Shown here in pieces: positions 36,197-45,867 of a stretch of 64,000 nt of DNA. A program made the position numbers and the translations under genes. Every line of letters starts with the position of its first letter. Positions within the stretch are counted from its first letter, which is position 1. This DNA comes from Candidatus Woesearchaeota archaeon (GTDB lineage Archaea; Nanobdellota; Nanobdellia; Woesearchaeales; JACJVV01), in assembly GCA_047602755.1 (NCBI GenBank), contig JBLKOM010000002.1, positions 56,272-120,271 of the forward strand, in the 5' to 3' direction. Under the pieces are notes generated by a model. The model searched no databases, was not told the origin of the DNA, and saw nothing but the letters and a program-made list of their open reading frames with translations.

Positions 36197-37606
36197 TTAT
36201 ATTAGCTTCATAAAAATTTCTTTAATCTTTCCAGGATTAGCTTTTCCATTACTTTTCCGCATAACTTGTCCAACTAAAAAGTTAATAATTTTATCTTCTC
36301 CAGATTTATATTTTTCAACATTATCGCTCTGCTCACTAATTACTTCTTTAACAAATGTTTCAATTTGATTATCATCACCAATACTTTTGTTTTTATTTAT
36401 TTCATTTTCAATATCAAAATCTTCATTTTCAACAATATTTGATGTTAATAAAAATGATATTTTTGGTGTTATTTCTTGTGATAATTCTGATTTTAAAACT
36501 TTAATAAATTTAGGTGCAATTTTATCAACATTTAAGCTAGAAATATCTTTCTTGTGATAATTAACAGCCTTCATTAAATCTCTTCTTGCCCATTTTGAAA
36601 CTTTTGTTGCATCAACTTCTTTTACAATTATTTCATATATTTTTGCTAAATCTTTATTTTTAGAAATAATTTCTGCATTATCATCTGCAATTCCATGTTC
36701 TTTAAATTTTTCTAATTTCTCATCAGCAAGTTCAGGCATATTATTCTTTATATCATTAATCATGTTCTCAGTAATGTCTGTAATTACTAAATCAGGATCT
36801 ATAATGTACCCATAATCATCTTCAGTTTCTTTTGTTCGTAATCGTGTACTTATTCCTTTATCAGCATCCCAACTTCTTGTATCTTGTATTAATTTTTCAC
36901 CATTTAAAACTACATTTTTTTGTCTTTGTATCTCATAATTTAATGCTCTTTCAATCTCTTTAAAGCCAGTTATGTTCTTTATTTCACTTCTAATATATCC
37001 TGAATCTTTAATCGAAACATTTGCATCAGCTTTAATTATAGCATTAATATCAAAAATTTCTAAATATTCTAAAATTGTTATTAATTTATTCATGAATTCT
37101 CGTGCTTCTTCAGCTGAAGTCATATCGGGTTCTGTAACAATTTCACATAAAGGATTACCTGATCTATTATAATCGATAAGAACATAATTACTTCCATGAA
37201 TGCTATTGGGATGAACTAATGCTGCTGGATCTTCTTCTATATGTATTCTTGTAATTCCTATTTTCTTATTATTTTTTAATTTTACTTCTCCATTTTTACA
37301 TAATGGTTTTTCATATTGTGTAATTTGATAATTTTTAGCTAAATCAGGATAAAAATAACTTTTTCTAGAAAAAATTAGTTCTTTATTAATTTCACAATTT
37401 AGTGCTAATCCTAATTTAATAGCATATTCAACAACTTTTTTGTTTAAAACTGGTTTACTTCCTGGATGTCCTAAACATATTGGGCAAACTCTTGTATTTG
37501 GTTCTTCAGATCCCTTAGTAGCACAGGCACAAAATAGCTTTGTATTTGTATTTAATTCTATATGAATCTCAAGTCCAATAACAACATCACTTGTAAATTT
37601 TGTCAT
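36197..37606 (-). CDS. gatB: Asp/Glu-tRNA(Asn/Gln) amidotransferase subunit B
   Basis: 469 aa with an N-terminal VIGLEIHIELNT.TKLFC.C and a CPICLGHPG zinc-like motif. The C-terminus is YqeY-like. Confidence 0.85.
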   Translation of the reverse strand: MTKFTSDVVIGLEIHIELNTNTKLFCACATKGSEEPNTRVCPICLGHPGSKPVLNKKVVEYAIKLGLALNCEINKELIFSRKSYFYPDLAKNYQITQYEKPLCKNGEVKLKNNKKIGITRIHIEEDPAALVHPNSIHGSNYVLIDYNRSGNPLCEIVTEPDMTSAEEAREFMNKLITILEYLEIFDINAIIKADANVSIKDSGYIRSEIKNITGFKEIERALNYEIQRQKNVVLNGEKLIQDTRSWDADKGISTRLRTKETEDDYGYIIDPDLVITDITENMINDIKNNMPELADEKLEKFKEHGIADDNAEIISKNKDLAKIYEIIVKEVDATKVSKWARRDLMKAVNYHKKDISSLNVDKIAPKFIKVLKSELSQEITPKISFLLTSNIVENEDFDIENEINKNKSIGDDNQIETFVKEVISEQSDNVEKYKSGEDKIINFLVGQVMRKSNGKANPGKIKEIFMKLI

Positions 37607-37658
37607 TTTTAGTTTTTATTTGATTTATTTTCAATATCATTAATTTTACTTTGCAACT

Positions 37659-38219
37659 TTATTTTTTTAATTTATTTTTTTTAATCCAGTCGTTTCTTAA
37701 AACACCATATAATACATGATCTTTATATTTTCCATCAGAAGTTAATACAGCTTTAGGCTCTATTCCTATATATTTAGCTCCCATCTTTTTAATTACCTGC
37801 TCTGAGGCTTTATTACCTTTAACATGATTAATATTAATAAAATTCAGTTTTAGTTTTTTAAATCCAAATTCAAGCAAGCCATAGCATGCTTCACTCATAT
37901 AACCTTTATTTCGATATTTTTTATTCAGAAAATATCCAACATTACCTCTATTATCTCTTTTATCAATTCCAACAAAGCTACAATTTCCTATAACTTCTTT
38001 ATTATCCTTTAATACAATCATAAATTTGTAATTTATTTTACCAAATTCTTTTATATTCTTTTTCAGCCATTCACTAGCTTTTTTTGTTGTATAAGGATAA
38101 AGAACATGCGTAAATTGAGTAGCACTTTTATCATTAAATATATCCACAAAATAGTTAGAATCACTCATTTTTGGTTTTCTAAGTATCAATCTCTTCGTTT
38201 TTATTTCAGTTTGTATCAT
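37659..38219 (-). CDS. GNAT N-acetyltransferase (RimJ/RimL-like)
   Basis: 186 aa with an acetyl-CoA binding motif (RNKGYMSEACYGLLEFGF). It is embedded in the gatCAB operon. Confidence 0.65.
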   Translation of the reverse strand: MIQTEIKTKRLILRKPKMSDSNYFVDIFNDKSATQFTHVLYPYTTKKASEWLKKNIKEFGKINYKFMIVLKDNKEVIGNCSFVGIDKRDNRGNVGYFLNKKYRNKGYMSEACYGLLEFGFKKLKLNFININHVKGNKASEQVIKKMGAKYIGIEPKAVLTSDGKYKDHVLYGVLRNDWIKKNKLKK

Positions 38220-39591
38220 CTTCTAGTTCTTTTGCTATTTGTATTATTTTTCCTTCATTAAAATGATTACCAATGATCATTGTACCAATAGGCATATTAT
38301 CTATTTTACCAGTGGGAATTGTAATATGTGGAAGACCTGCAAGATTAGGTCCTACTGTAAGTACATCCATCATATAATTTTCTAACGGAGTCATTTTTTC
38401 TATTTCTGTAAATTTAGGTGCAATTATTGGCATAGTGGGTGAAATAAGTGCATCATATTTCTTAAACAATTCTTTATATTCATCAATAATTTTTGTTCGA
38501 ATTTTTGCAGCTTTAATGTAATAAGCATCCCTAAAACCAGCCATCCTCGCAAATGTTCCGATAATAATTCTTCTTTTACTTTCTTCATTTAACGATTCAC
38601 TTCTAATTTCAGAGAAATATTCATTAAAACCTTTTCCAGTAGGTTCTTTCATTTTACCATATCTTAATCCACAATATTTTGCAAGATTAGTAGATGCTTC
38701 ACACATTGCAATAATATAATAAACAGCTAATCCATATTCTGAAGTAATAGGTAAAGAAACTTCTTCAAATTCAATACCTTTACTTTTAAGCTTTTCAATC
38801 GAATCATTCACATTTTTCACAATCTCTTCATTAACACCTTTGGAAAAACATTCTCTTACTATTCCTATTTTCATTCCTTTTAGATCTTTCTTTAAATATT
38901 CTGTATATTTTTCAGTTTTTACATCTGAAGAGGTACTTTCATTTTCATCAAATCCTGAAATAATTTCAAGTAATAATGCAGCATCATAAACACTTTTTGC
39001 CATAGGTCCTATTTTATCAAGTGAATTTCCATAATCTAAAAGTCCATATCTTGATACTCTTCCATATGTAGGGCATAAACCAACAACTCCACAAAAACTA
39101 GCAGGGCATACAATACTTCCTCCAGTACTTTCTGCAAGACTAATATGTTTAAATTTTGTTTTTTGTGTAAATCCTGCACATCCACCTGAACTTCCTCCAC
39201 ATGCTCTTTCTTTGTCAAATGGGTTTAATGGTATTTTTTTTCCTATTCCAACATTAACATTTAATCCACCAAATCCAAATGCATCTTGGGAAGTTTTTCC
39301 TAAAATAATTCCCCCTTCTTGTTTTATTTTTCGGATAACTGTAGCATCAAAAACAGGTGTATATCCGTCAAGAATAGCACTTCCTCCTGTTGTTTCTATA
39401 TCTTTAACACATATAGCATCTTTTACACTTATTGTATAACCACTTAATTTTCCTTTTGTAATGTTTTCTTCAAGAGGTTGTTCGATAAGTGTATTAAAAT
39501 AGAAATATTCATTACTAATTTCATTTGCTTCACTAAGAATAATTTTAATATCTTCAATATTTCCTAATTTATCATTATTTGCTTTATTCAT
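38206..39591 (-). CDS. gatA: Asp/Glu-tRNA(Asn/Gln) amidotransferase subunit A (amidase)
   Basis: 461 aa with the amidase signature GGSSGG and a Ser-cisSer-Lys triad context. Confidence 0.85.
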   Translation of the reverse strand: MNKANNDKLGNIEDIKIILSEANEISNEYFYFNTLIEQPLEENITKGKLSGYTISVKDAICVKDIETTGGSAILDGYTPVFDATVIRKIKQEGGIILGKTSQDAFGFGGLNVNVGIGKKIPLNPFDKERACGGSSGGCAGFTQKTKFKHISLAESTGGSIVCPASFCGVVGLCPTYGRVSRYGLLDYGNSLDKIGPMAKSVYDAALLLEIISGFDENESTSSDVKTEKYTEYLKKDLKGMKIGIVRECFSKGVNEEIVKNVNDSIEKLKSKGIEFEEVSLPITSEYGLAVYYIIAMCEASTNLAKYCGLRYGKMKEPTGKGFNEYFSEIRSESLNEESKRRIIIGTFARMAGFRDAYYIKAAKIRTKIIDEYKELFKKYDALISPTMPIIAPKFTEIEKMTPLENYMMDVLTVGPNLAGLPHITIPTGKIDNMPIGTMIIGNHFNEGKIIQIAKELEDDTN

Positions 39592-39599
39592 TTTTCTGT

Positions 39600-39899
39600 T
39601 TAAACTGCTTTTGGTCCTTTAAAATAACCATCTTTATTTAATGGTGAATTTTTTAATGCTAATTCCTGTAATAAAGATTCCTTAACTATATCTTCTCTTA
39701 ATCTGTTTCTAAGAGCTACAGGTTGGAAACTCGGTTTAATATCAGTTGTATCAATTTTATTTAATTTTTCAAAAAAAGAAAGTATTTCCTTAACTTGGGG
39801 AATAAATTTATTTATTTCTTGCTCAGTAAGATTTAATCTAGCAGTATTTCCTACTTTTAACAACAATTCCCTATTAACTTCCATATCAAAAGAAATCAA
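39600..39899 (-). CDS. gatC: Amidotransferase subunit C
   Basis: 99 aa. The size and position, immediately upstream of gatA, and the RL.L.E.E helix pattern fit gatC. Confidence 0.55.
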   Translation of the reverse strand: MISFDMEVNRELLLKVGNTARLNLTEQEINKFIPQVKEILSFFEKLNKIDTTDIKPSFQPVALRNRLREDIVKESLLQELALKNSPLNKDGYFKGPKAV

Positions 39900-39925
39900 T
39901 ATTACATTTATATAGTTTGTTGCAT

Positions 39926-41929
39926 TTATCCTTTATAATTGCTATGTAAACTAGCTATAAGATCCACAGCAGATCTCATTTTTTTTATTTTCTCTAAAGA
40001 AAAAATATTGTGATAATTCTCCTCAATGATTTGTTGTGCAAAAATGGCATTACTAATAAAAGAATCACGTAAATGTTGAGTCCCTTTTTTATCTTTTGAA
40101 AAGCTACAATATCCAAATGCTTTAACTGAAACTGATGCATAATAATGAGCATATATCAATTCTGGTTCTAAGTTAAAACCATTTAACTTGGCAAATCTAT
40201 CAATCCATCTATTCCTAGTCCCAAAATCCTCTTCATTTCTTTCAAGTAAATCTTGTGATTCAAGTAATCTTACAAGCATATATATTGGGTCAGAATTAGG
40301 TCTAGCTTCATGATCGATAAAATAAATTCTTCCTTTTAAAATCAAATCATTTCTTATTACAGGTTTTTTTGTTATTATAAAATTATTTGGATTAGCATCA
40401 ACATCATAAACTTGTTGAAAGTGAGTAGCAAGTGTTAAACATTCACTTAAACCATCATATAATATTTGTTTTTGTGATGGATTAAAATTATCACAACTTG
40501 AAATATATTTTTTTATCATATCATCAAGATTAGTGTTGCTATTATTAATTCCATATCTAGATATGTGAGTTAACCCAGTTATAATACTATCAAAAATAGT
40601 TTCCTTTTGCCCTTCAAATTTTTCTTTATCACTTTTACTCATTAAAAGTTCTAACAATTCCTTTAAATTACATCCATTCTCATAATCAAAGCAAATTAAT
40701 ACTTCATCATCAAGTGTACTTACTTTTTTATTATCTAAAACAGCAACTATCTCAGGAAACCTCCATTCAAAAAAATTATCACCTGTGATTTTATGCTCAT
40801 CAAATAGTTTAATTAAGTGTCTAGTTTGCCTTATTTCAAGTTCTGCGTCTATACTTTTTTTTCTTTTTAAAATTAATTGATTTGTTATATATCCAAAATC
40901 AATAGTATAGGTTTTATTATTTGTTTCTAATGTTGTCAAAAATTGTTCAGGGTTCCTTTGAAGATTATTAAAAGCTTGGCATAAGTATTCTTCACGCTGT
41001 TCTTGTGTTGCAGCTGTCTCAAACCTAAAAAAGAAGCTTTCTAATTCTAATCCTCTTTGTTCAATCTCTTCAATCCAAAAATCCATTTTTTCTGGATAAA
41101 AAAACATTACGTCTTGTAAATTTTTTAGTATATTTGTTAGATCTGGTTGTTCAAATGCTTGATGTGTAATTCTTAAATTTTTTACAAGTGATTTGTAAAA
41201 AAACGAAAAAAAGTTTTTTTCATATTTAGTTAAACGTCTATTCTCTTTTGCAAGTTCTGCACATAAATCTATTATTACATCTATATCTGTTTCATTATGT
41301 ATTTTATAATTTATATCAAAAATATTTGCCAATCTATATATGGGTTGTTTATAATCACCTTTTGCCAAGTATTTATCTAGTTTTTTGAGTGATGATTTTT
41401 GATAGTATTTTATACTTAAATACCAACCAGCACTCAATCCTGCTGCATATACACCTATAAGGTTTTGATGTTCTAAATTAACTTTATTAGCATTATAAAT
41501 CATAATTGCTGGAGGTGCTACTTGAATAGTCCTATAAACTAAATTCTCTAATAAGCTTAATTCTATTTTAAAAGGATTTTTTTTATTGTAAAAATAGTAT
41601 GCACCAAAAAGTACTAATGCAATTATGTTCATACCATATGTAAAATTTTGATATCTTCTTGAAAGATCAGAAAATGTAACAATTTCATCATTTTCATCAA
41701 TATAATAAATTGCAAAATTATTAAATCTTGGAACTTTTGCATCAGGGGATCTTCTATATACTTCTCTTTCTATTGCAGTCTCTCTTACTAATTTAGTTTG
41801 ATTTACTACATGGTTATATTCAATTAAACCAATAATTAAGGTACCTGTAAATATTGAGAAATTAAAGATTTGTCTAGAATAATATGAAAAATATTTTTTA
41901 CTTTTATCTATTATCTCTGTTAGTTTCAA
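39926..41929 (-). CDS. Large hypothetical membrane-anchored protein (667 aa)
   Basis: About 4 TM helices in the first 190 aa, then roughly 470 aa of soluble domain with no recognised catalytic signature. Its start overlaps the upstream THUMP gene by 26 nt on the same strand. Confidence 0.4.
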   Translation of the reverse strand: MKLTEIIDKSKKYFSYYSRQIFNFSIFTGTLIIGLIEYNHVVNQTKLVRETAIEREVYRRSPDAKVPRFNNFAIYYIDENDEIVTFSDLSRRYQNFTYGMNIIALVLFGAYYFYNKKNPFKIELSLLENLVYRTIQVAPPAIMIYNANKVNLEHQNLIGVYAAGLSAGWYLSIKYYQKSSLKKLDKYLAKGDYKQPIYRLANIFDINYKIHNETDIDVIIDLCAELAKENRRLTKYEKNFFSFFYKSLVKNLRITHQAFEQPDLTNILKNLQDVMFFYPEKMDFWIEEIEQRGLELESFFFRFETAATQEQREEYLCQAFNNLQRNPEQFLTTLETNNKTYTIDFGYITNQLILKRKKSIDAELEIRQTRHLIKLFDEHKITGDNFFEWRFPEIVAVLDNKKVSTLDDEVLICFDYENGCNLKELLELLMSKSDKEKFEGQKETIFDSIITGLTHISRYGINNSNTNLDDMIKKYISSCDNFNPSQKQILYDGLSECLTLATHFQQVYDVDANPNNFIITKKPVIRNDLILKGRIYFIDHEARPNSDPIYMLVRLLESQDLLERNEEDFGTRNRWIDRFAKLNGFNLEPELIYAHYYASVSVKAFGYCSFSKDKKGTQHLRDSFISNAIFAQQIIEENYHNIFSLEKIKKMRSAVDLIASLHSNYKG

Positions 41930-42989
41930 AAATATACACCTTCATGAGTTCTTTACCTTGCATCACCTCTCTTTGATGTATTAACTTGTAATCATTTTGT
42001 TCTGCAATTTCTAATGCCGCATCAATATTATTCCCTATACAAATTATTTTTCCGTCTTTTTTTAATATTTTTTTTGTTACTTCAAAGAAATATCTGTAGA
42101 TCTTAATAACTTTTTGCTTTGTTTCTTTACCAATCACAGGTAATTGTGTAATTATTTTATCAATATTTTCATATTTTAAATCTAAATCTTCGGTTTGTAT
42201 TCTTGAAAAATTTAAAAATTTATTAATTCCTGCAATTTTAGCATTTTTTTCAGATGCTTTAATATTCGGCATTGAGCTATCTGCAAGATTTATTTCACAA
42301 TCAACTTTCTTATCATTATCACTTAATTCTATATTCCAGCCAATTTTATTAAATGTAAATTTATCTTTAGCATAATGATGTACCGATTTACCCAAAAAAT
42401 AATGTATTAATTCAATTCCTATTTCTCCACTTCTGCAAAAAGGATCTAATATTTTATCTTTTTTTTTTACATCTGCTATTCTTGTTACTGAATATGCTAT
42501 TGTACCTCGTAATGAGTTCTTATTTGCAAATACTTTGTAATCACGATTATATAATTCTTTTGAACTTAAATTTATTGTTAGATAAAATTTTTTCCCAATA
42601 ATTTCAATATTATATAAAATTCCTGGATTCTTATATACTGCTTTCTTTTTTGTTTTTTTAATTATTTGATTAGAAACATATAACTGTACATCATTACTTT
42701 TGAAAGGTTTTATACCATTAATACTACAATCTAGAAAAAATGTATTATTTATTTCAAATTCAACATCAGATATATCAATTTCAGGAATATCATTTATGAT
42801 CCCTTCTTTTAATAATACACCTATTTTTTCAATAGATTGGGATACAAAAGCAAATTTTGCTATTTTTTCTTTTGTAGCTTCAAAAATACAGCATCCAGTT
42901 TCTTTTTTAGCTTTTATATTCAAAATTTCTTGAATATCATTAAGAAGTATATCCTCAAAGCCTAATGCACAAAACGCAATACATTTCAT
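41904..42989 (-). CDS. THUMP-domain RNA methyltransferase (Trm14/TrmN-like)
   Basis: 361 aa with an N-terminal ferredoxin-like/THUMP region and a C-terminal class I MTase (DPFCRSGEIGIE). It overlaps the gyrA stop by 4 nt. Confidence 0.5.
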   Translation of the reverse strand: MKCIAFCALGFEDILLNDIQEILNIKAKKETGCCIFEATKEKIAKFAFVSQSIEKIGVLLKEGIINDIPEIDISDVEFEINNTFFLDCSINGIKPFKSNDVQLYVSNQIIKKTKKKAVYKNPGILYNIEIIGKKFYLTINLSSKELYNRDYKVFANKNSLRGTIAYSVTRIADVKKKDKILDPFCRSGEIGIELIHYFLGKSVHHYAKDKFTFNKIGWNIELSDNDKKVDCEINLADSSMPNIKASEKNAKIAGINKFLNFSRIQTEDLDLKYENIDKIITQLPVIGKETKQKVIKIYRYFFEVTKKILKKDGKIICIGNNIDAALEIAEQNDYKLIHQREVMQGKELMKVYIFETNRDNR

Positions 42990-45556
42990 TCTTTATCCAC
43001 AAAATCCATGTCTTTTACTAATTCTGAATTATCTTGTTCAATTTTTTCACTTATTTTCTCTCTAATTTCTCTTTTTTCTACTTCTCCTTTAACAATAGCT
43101 TGCTCTTCATCTTTATCCGATATTATTTTTGTTGCACCCACTACTTTATCATCACCATTTAATCTCATTAATCGCATTCCTTGTGTGTTTCGTCCTATTA
43201 CAGAAATTCCATTTGCAGGTATCCTAATAGCAATTCCATTCTTTGATATTAACAATATATCATGGTCATCATTTACTTCTTTTACACTTACAACATTTCC
43301 ATTTCTTTCATTTGTTATTATATTTATTACTCCACTTCCTCCTCGATTAATTAATCTATAATCTTTAATACTAGTTCTTTTTCCATAACCGTTTTCTGTA
43401 ATAGTTAATAATGATAGATGATCTCCTGCAATTACTGCTCCTACAACACAATCATCTTGTTTAAGTTTTATACCTTTTACTCCTATTGAATTTCTTCCTA
43501 CTGCTCTTACATCATTTTCATTAAATTTTACGGCCATCCCTTTTTTTGTAGCAATTAATATTTGCTTGTTTCCGTCTGTTAAAAGAACATCAATTAATTC
43601 ATCTCCTTCTGTTAAATTTATTGCAATAATACCTCCTTTTCGCGGTTTTGAATATGCAGAAAGGCTTGTCTTTTTTATAATTCCTTGCTTTGTAACCATA
43701 ACTAAATAATGATCATCTTTAAATTCACTTATAGGGATATATGCTGATATCTTTGAATTTTTTTCTAACTCAAGAATATTAGCAATAGAATTTCCTTTAG
43801 CAGTTCTTGATGCTTCTGGCATTTGATATACTTTTTTCCATTGAACATCTCCTTTATCTGTAAAAAACAAAATGTAATCATGTGTATTTGCCACAAAAAT
43901 ATCATTTACCTCATCTTCTGCTTTTGTACCTGTAGCAATAATACCTCTTCCACCACGTCTTTGTTGTTTATAGGTATCTAATGATATTCTTTTAATGTAA
44001 CCACTATTAGTAATTGTAATTATCATTTCTTCTTTGTCTATCAAATCTTCAATATCAATATCTTCATCATCTTCTAAAGCTTTGTTAATCTCAGTCCTTC
44101 GCTCATCACCATATTTTGTTTTTATATATTCTAATTCTTTTATTATAATATCTAATATTTTTTGTTCACTTGCAAGTATTCCTTTTAATTCTTCAATCAA
44201 TTTCATTAGATTTGTGTGTTCTTCCTTGATTTTATCTTGTTCTAATGATGTTAATCGTTGAAGTTTCATATCAAGTATTGCTAATGCTTGTTTTTCACTA
44301 ATATTATATTTCTCAATAAGCTTTTCTTTTGCATCTTGTGTAGAGTTTGCTTTTTTGATCAATTCAATGGCATTATCAATATCATTCAATGCAACTATTA
44401 AACCCTCAAGAATATGTGCTCTATCTTGTGCTTTTTGTAAATTAAATTCTGTACGTTTTGTTACAATTAATTTTCTATGTTTAATGAAATAACCTATCAT
44501 ACTTTTTAAGCTTAAAACTTTAGGTTCATTATCAACTATCGCTAAATTAATTATTCCAAATGTAACTTGTAAATTGCTATATTTATATAACTGATTTTTT
44601 ATTACTTCTTCATTTGCATCTTTTTTTAATTCAATAACTATACGCATTCCTTTTTTATCAGATTCATCTCTTAAATCATCAATTCCTAATATCTTCTTTT
44701 CTTTTACAAGATTAGCAATTTGTTCAAGAAGCATAGATTTATTAACTTGATACGGTATTTCTGTTACAATTAATGCTCTATCTTTATTTTTTTCTTCAAG
44801 TTCAAATTTAGCTCTAACTTTAACTTTTCCTCTACCATAATGATATGCATTTTTAATTCCATTTTCTCCTAATATACTACCACCTGTAGGAAAATCAGGC
44901 CCTTTTACATGTACCATAAGTTCATTAACATCTACATCTGGTTTTTTTATTGTAAGGATTGTAGCATCACATATTTCATTGATATTATGTGGTGGAATGT
45001 TTGTTGCCATTCCAACAGCAATTCCTGTACTTCCATTAACTAATAAATTAGGTATAGCACTAGGTAATACTACCGGTTCTTTTAAACTAGAATCAAAATT
45101 ATCTTTATAATCTACAGTTTTTTTATCAATGTCATTTAGAAGTTCTTCACCAACGTTCTTCATTCGAGCTTCAGTATATCTCATAGCTGCAGCATTATCA
45201 CCATCAATACTGCCAAAATTACCTTGCCCATCAATTAAAGGATATCTAAGTGCAAAATTCTGTACCATCCTAACCATACTTTCATAAACAGCTGCATCAC
45301 CATGTGGATGATATTTACCTAATACTTCTCCTACTATTCTTGCAGATTTTCTATATGGCTTATTATGCACTATTCCCATATCATACATAGCATATAATAT
45401 ACGCCTATGTACTGGTTTTAATCCATCTCTTACATCGGGTAAAGCTCTACCAATAATAGAAGACATAGCATAATTTAAGTATGCCTCTTTCATATCCTCT
45501 TCTATTTCTTTAGGGATTATTTCTGCATCAGGTTTTTCCAAAATTTCTTCGCTCAT
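42986..45556 (-). CDS. gyrA: DNA gyrase subunit A
   Basis: 856 aa. It has the GyrA N-terminal signature (ALPDVRDGLKPVHRRILYAM...KSARIVGEVLGKYHPHGD.AVYESMVRM) with the active-site Tyr region, plus C-terminal beta-pinwheel repeats. No gyrB is adjacent. Confidence 0.9.
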   Translation of the reverse strand: MSEEILEKPDAEIIPKEIEEDMKEAYLNYAMSSIIGRALPDVRDGLKPVHRRILYAMYDMGIVHNKPYRKSARIVGEVLGKYHPHGDAAVYESMVRMVQNFALRYPLIDGQGNFGSIDGDNAAAMRYTEARMKNVGEELLNDIDKKTVDYKDNFDSSLKEPVVLPSAIPNLLVNGSTGIAVGMATNIPPHNINEICDATILTIKKPDVDVNELMVHVKGPDFPTGGSILGENGIKNAYHYGRGKVKVRAKFELEEKNKDRALIVTEIPYQVNKSMLLEQIANLVKEKKILGIDDLRDESDKKGMRIVIELKKDANEEVIKNQLYKYSNLQVTFGIINLAIVDNEPKVLSLKSMIGYFIKHRKLIVTKRTEFNLQKAQDRAHILEGLIVALNDIDNAIELIKKANSTQDAKEKLIEKYNISEKQALAILDMKLQRLTSLEQDKIKEEHTNLMKLIEELKGILASEQKILDIIIKELEYIKTKYGDERRTEINKALEDDEDIDIEDLIDKEEMIITITNSGYIKRISLDTYKQQRRGGRGIIATGTKAEDEVNDIFVANTHDYILFFTDKGDVQWKKVYQMPEASRTAKGNSIANILELEKNSKISAYIPISEFKDDHYLVMVTKQGIIKKTSLSAYSKPRKGGIIAINLTEGDELIDVLLTDGNKQILIATKKGMAVKFNENDVRAVGRNSIGVKGIKLKQDDCVVGAVIAGDHLSLLTITENGYGKRTSIKDYRLINRGGSGVINIITNERNGNVVSVKEVNDDHDILLISKNGIAIRIPANGISVIGRNTQGMRLMRLNGDDKVVGATKIISDKDEEQAIVKGEVEKREIREKISEKIEQDNSELVKDMDFVDKE

Positions 45557-45708
45557 ATTTCCTATTGTTAAATTATTTTTATATAATTTATTCCCTCAGA
45601 AAAAGGGGATTTATCGTCTATAAAACAAGATGTTAACCCCTTTATATATGTTTTGGTATATTTAGTATAATTCAAGATTATTTTAATAAATTTTAGTAGT
45701 TTTTTATA

Positions 45709-45867
45709 TCATAAAGCTTTAAGAATTGCTTCAGATATTTTAAAATTATAGCCGCAATAAACACATTTCTTGGTTTTTTTTGATAATGTCTCTTTTGGTT
45801 GAGAAGTCATATATTTCATAGTATTATTACATTTCTTACATTTTACTAAATAGTATTTAACTGTCAT
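45709..45867 (-). CDS. Small C4 zinc-ribbon protein
   Basis: CKKCNN...CVYCG. The likely start is the internal Met (MTVKYYLV, 52 aa) rather than the track's 67-aa form, which overlaps scpB by 56 nt. Confidence 0.35.
   Translation of the reverse strand: MTVKYYLVKCKKCNNTMKYMTSQPKETLSKKTKKCVYCGYNFKISEAILKAL

Noticed and set aside
36972-39439. Short antisense or internal ORFs in gatB and gatA (36972-37172, 39036-39218, 39212-39439)
   Set aside because: Inside confidently called amidotransferase subunits.
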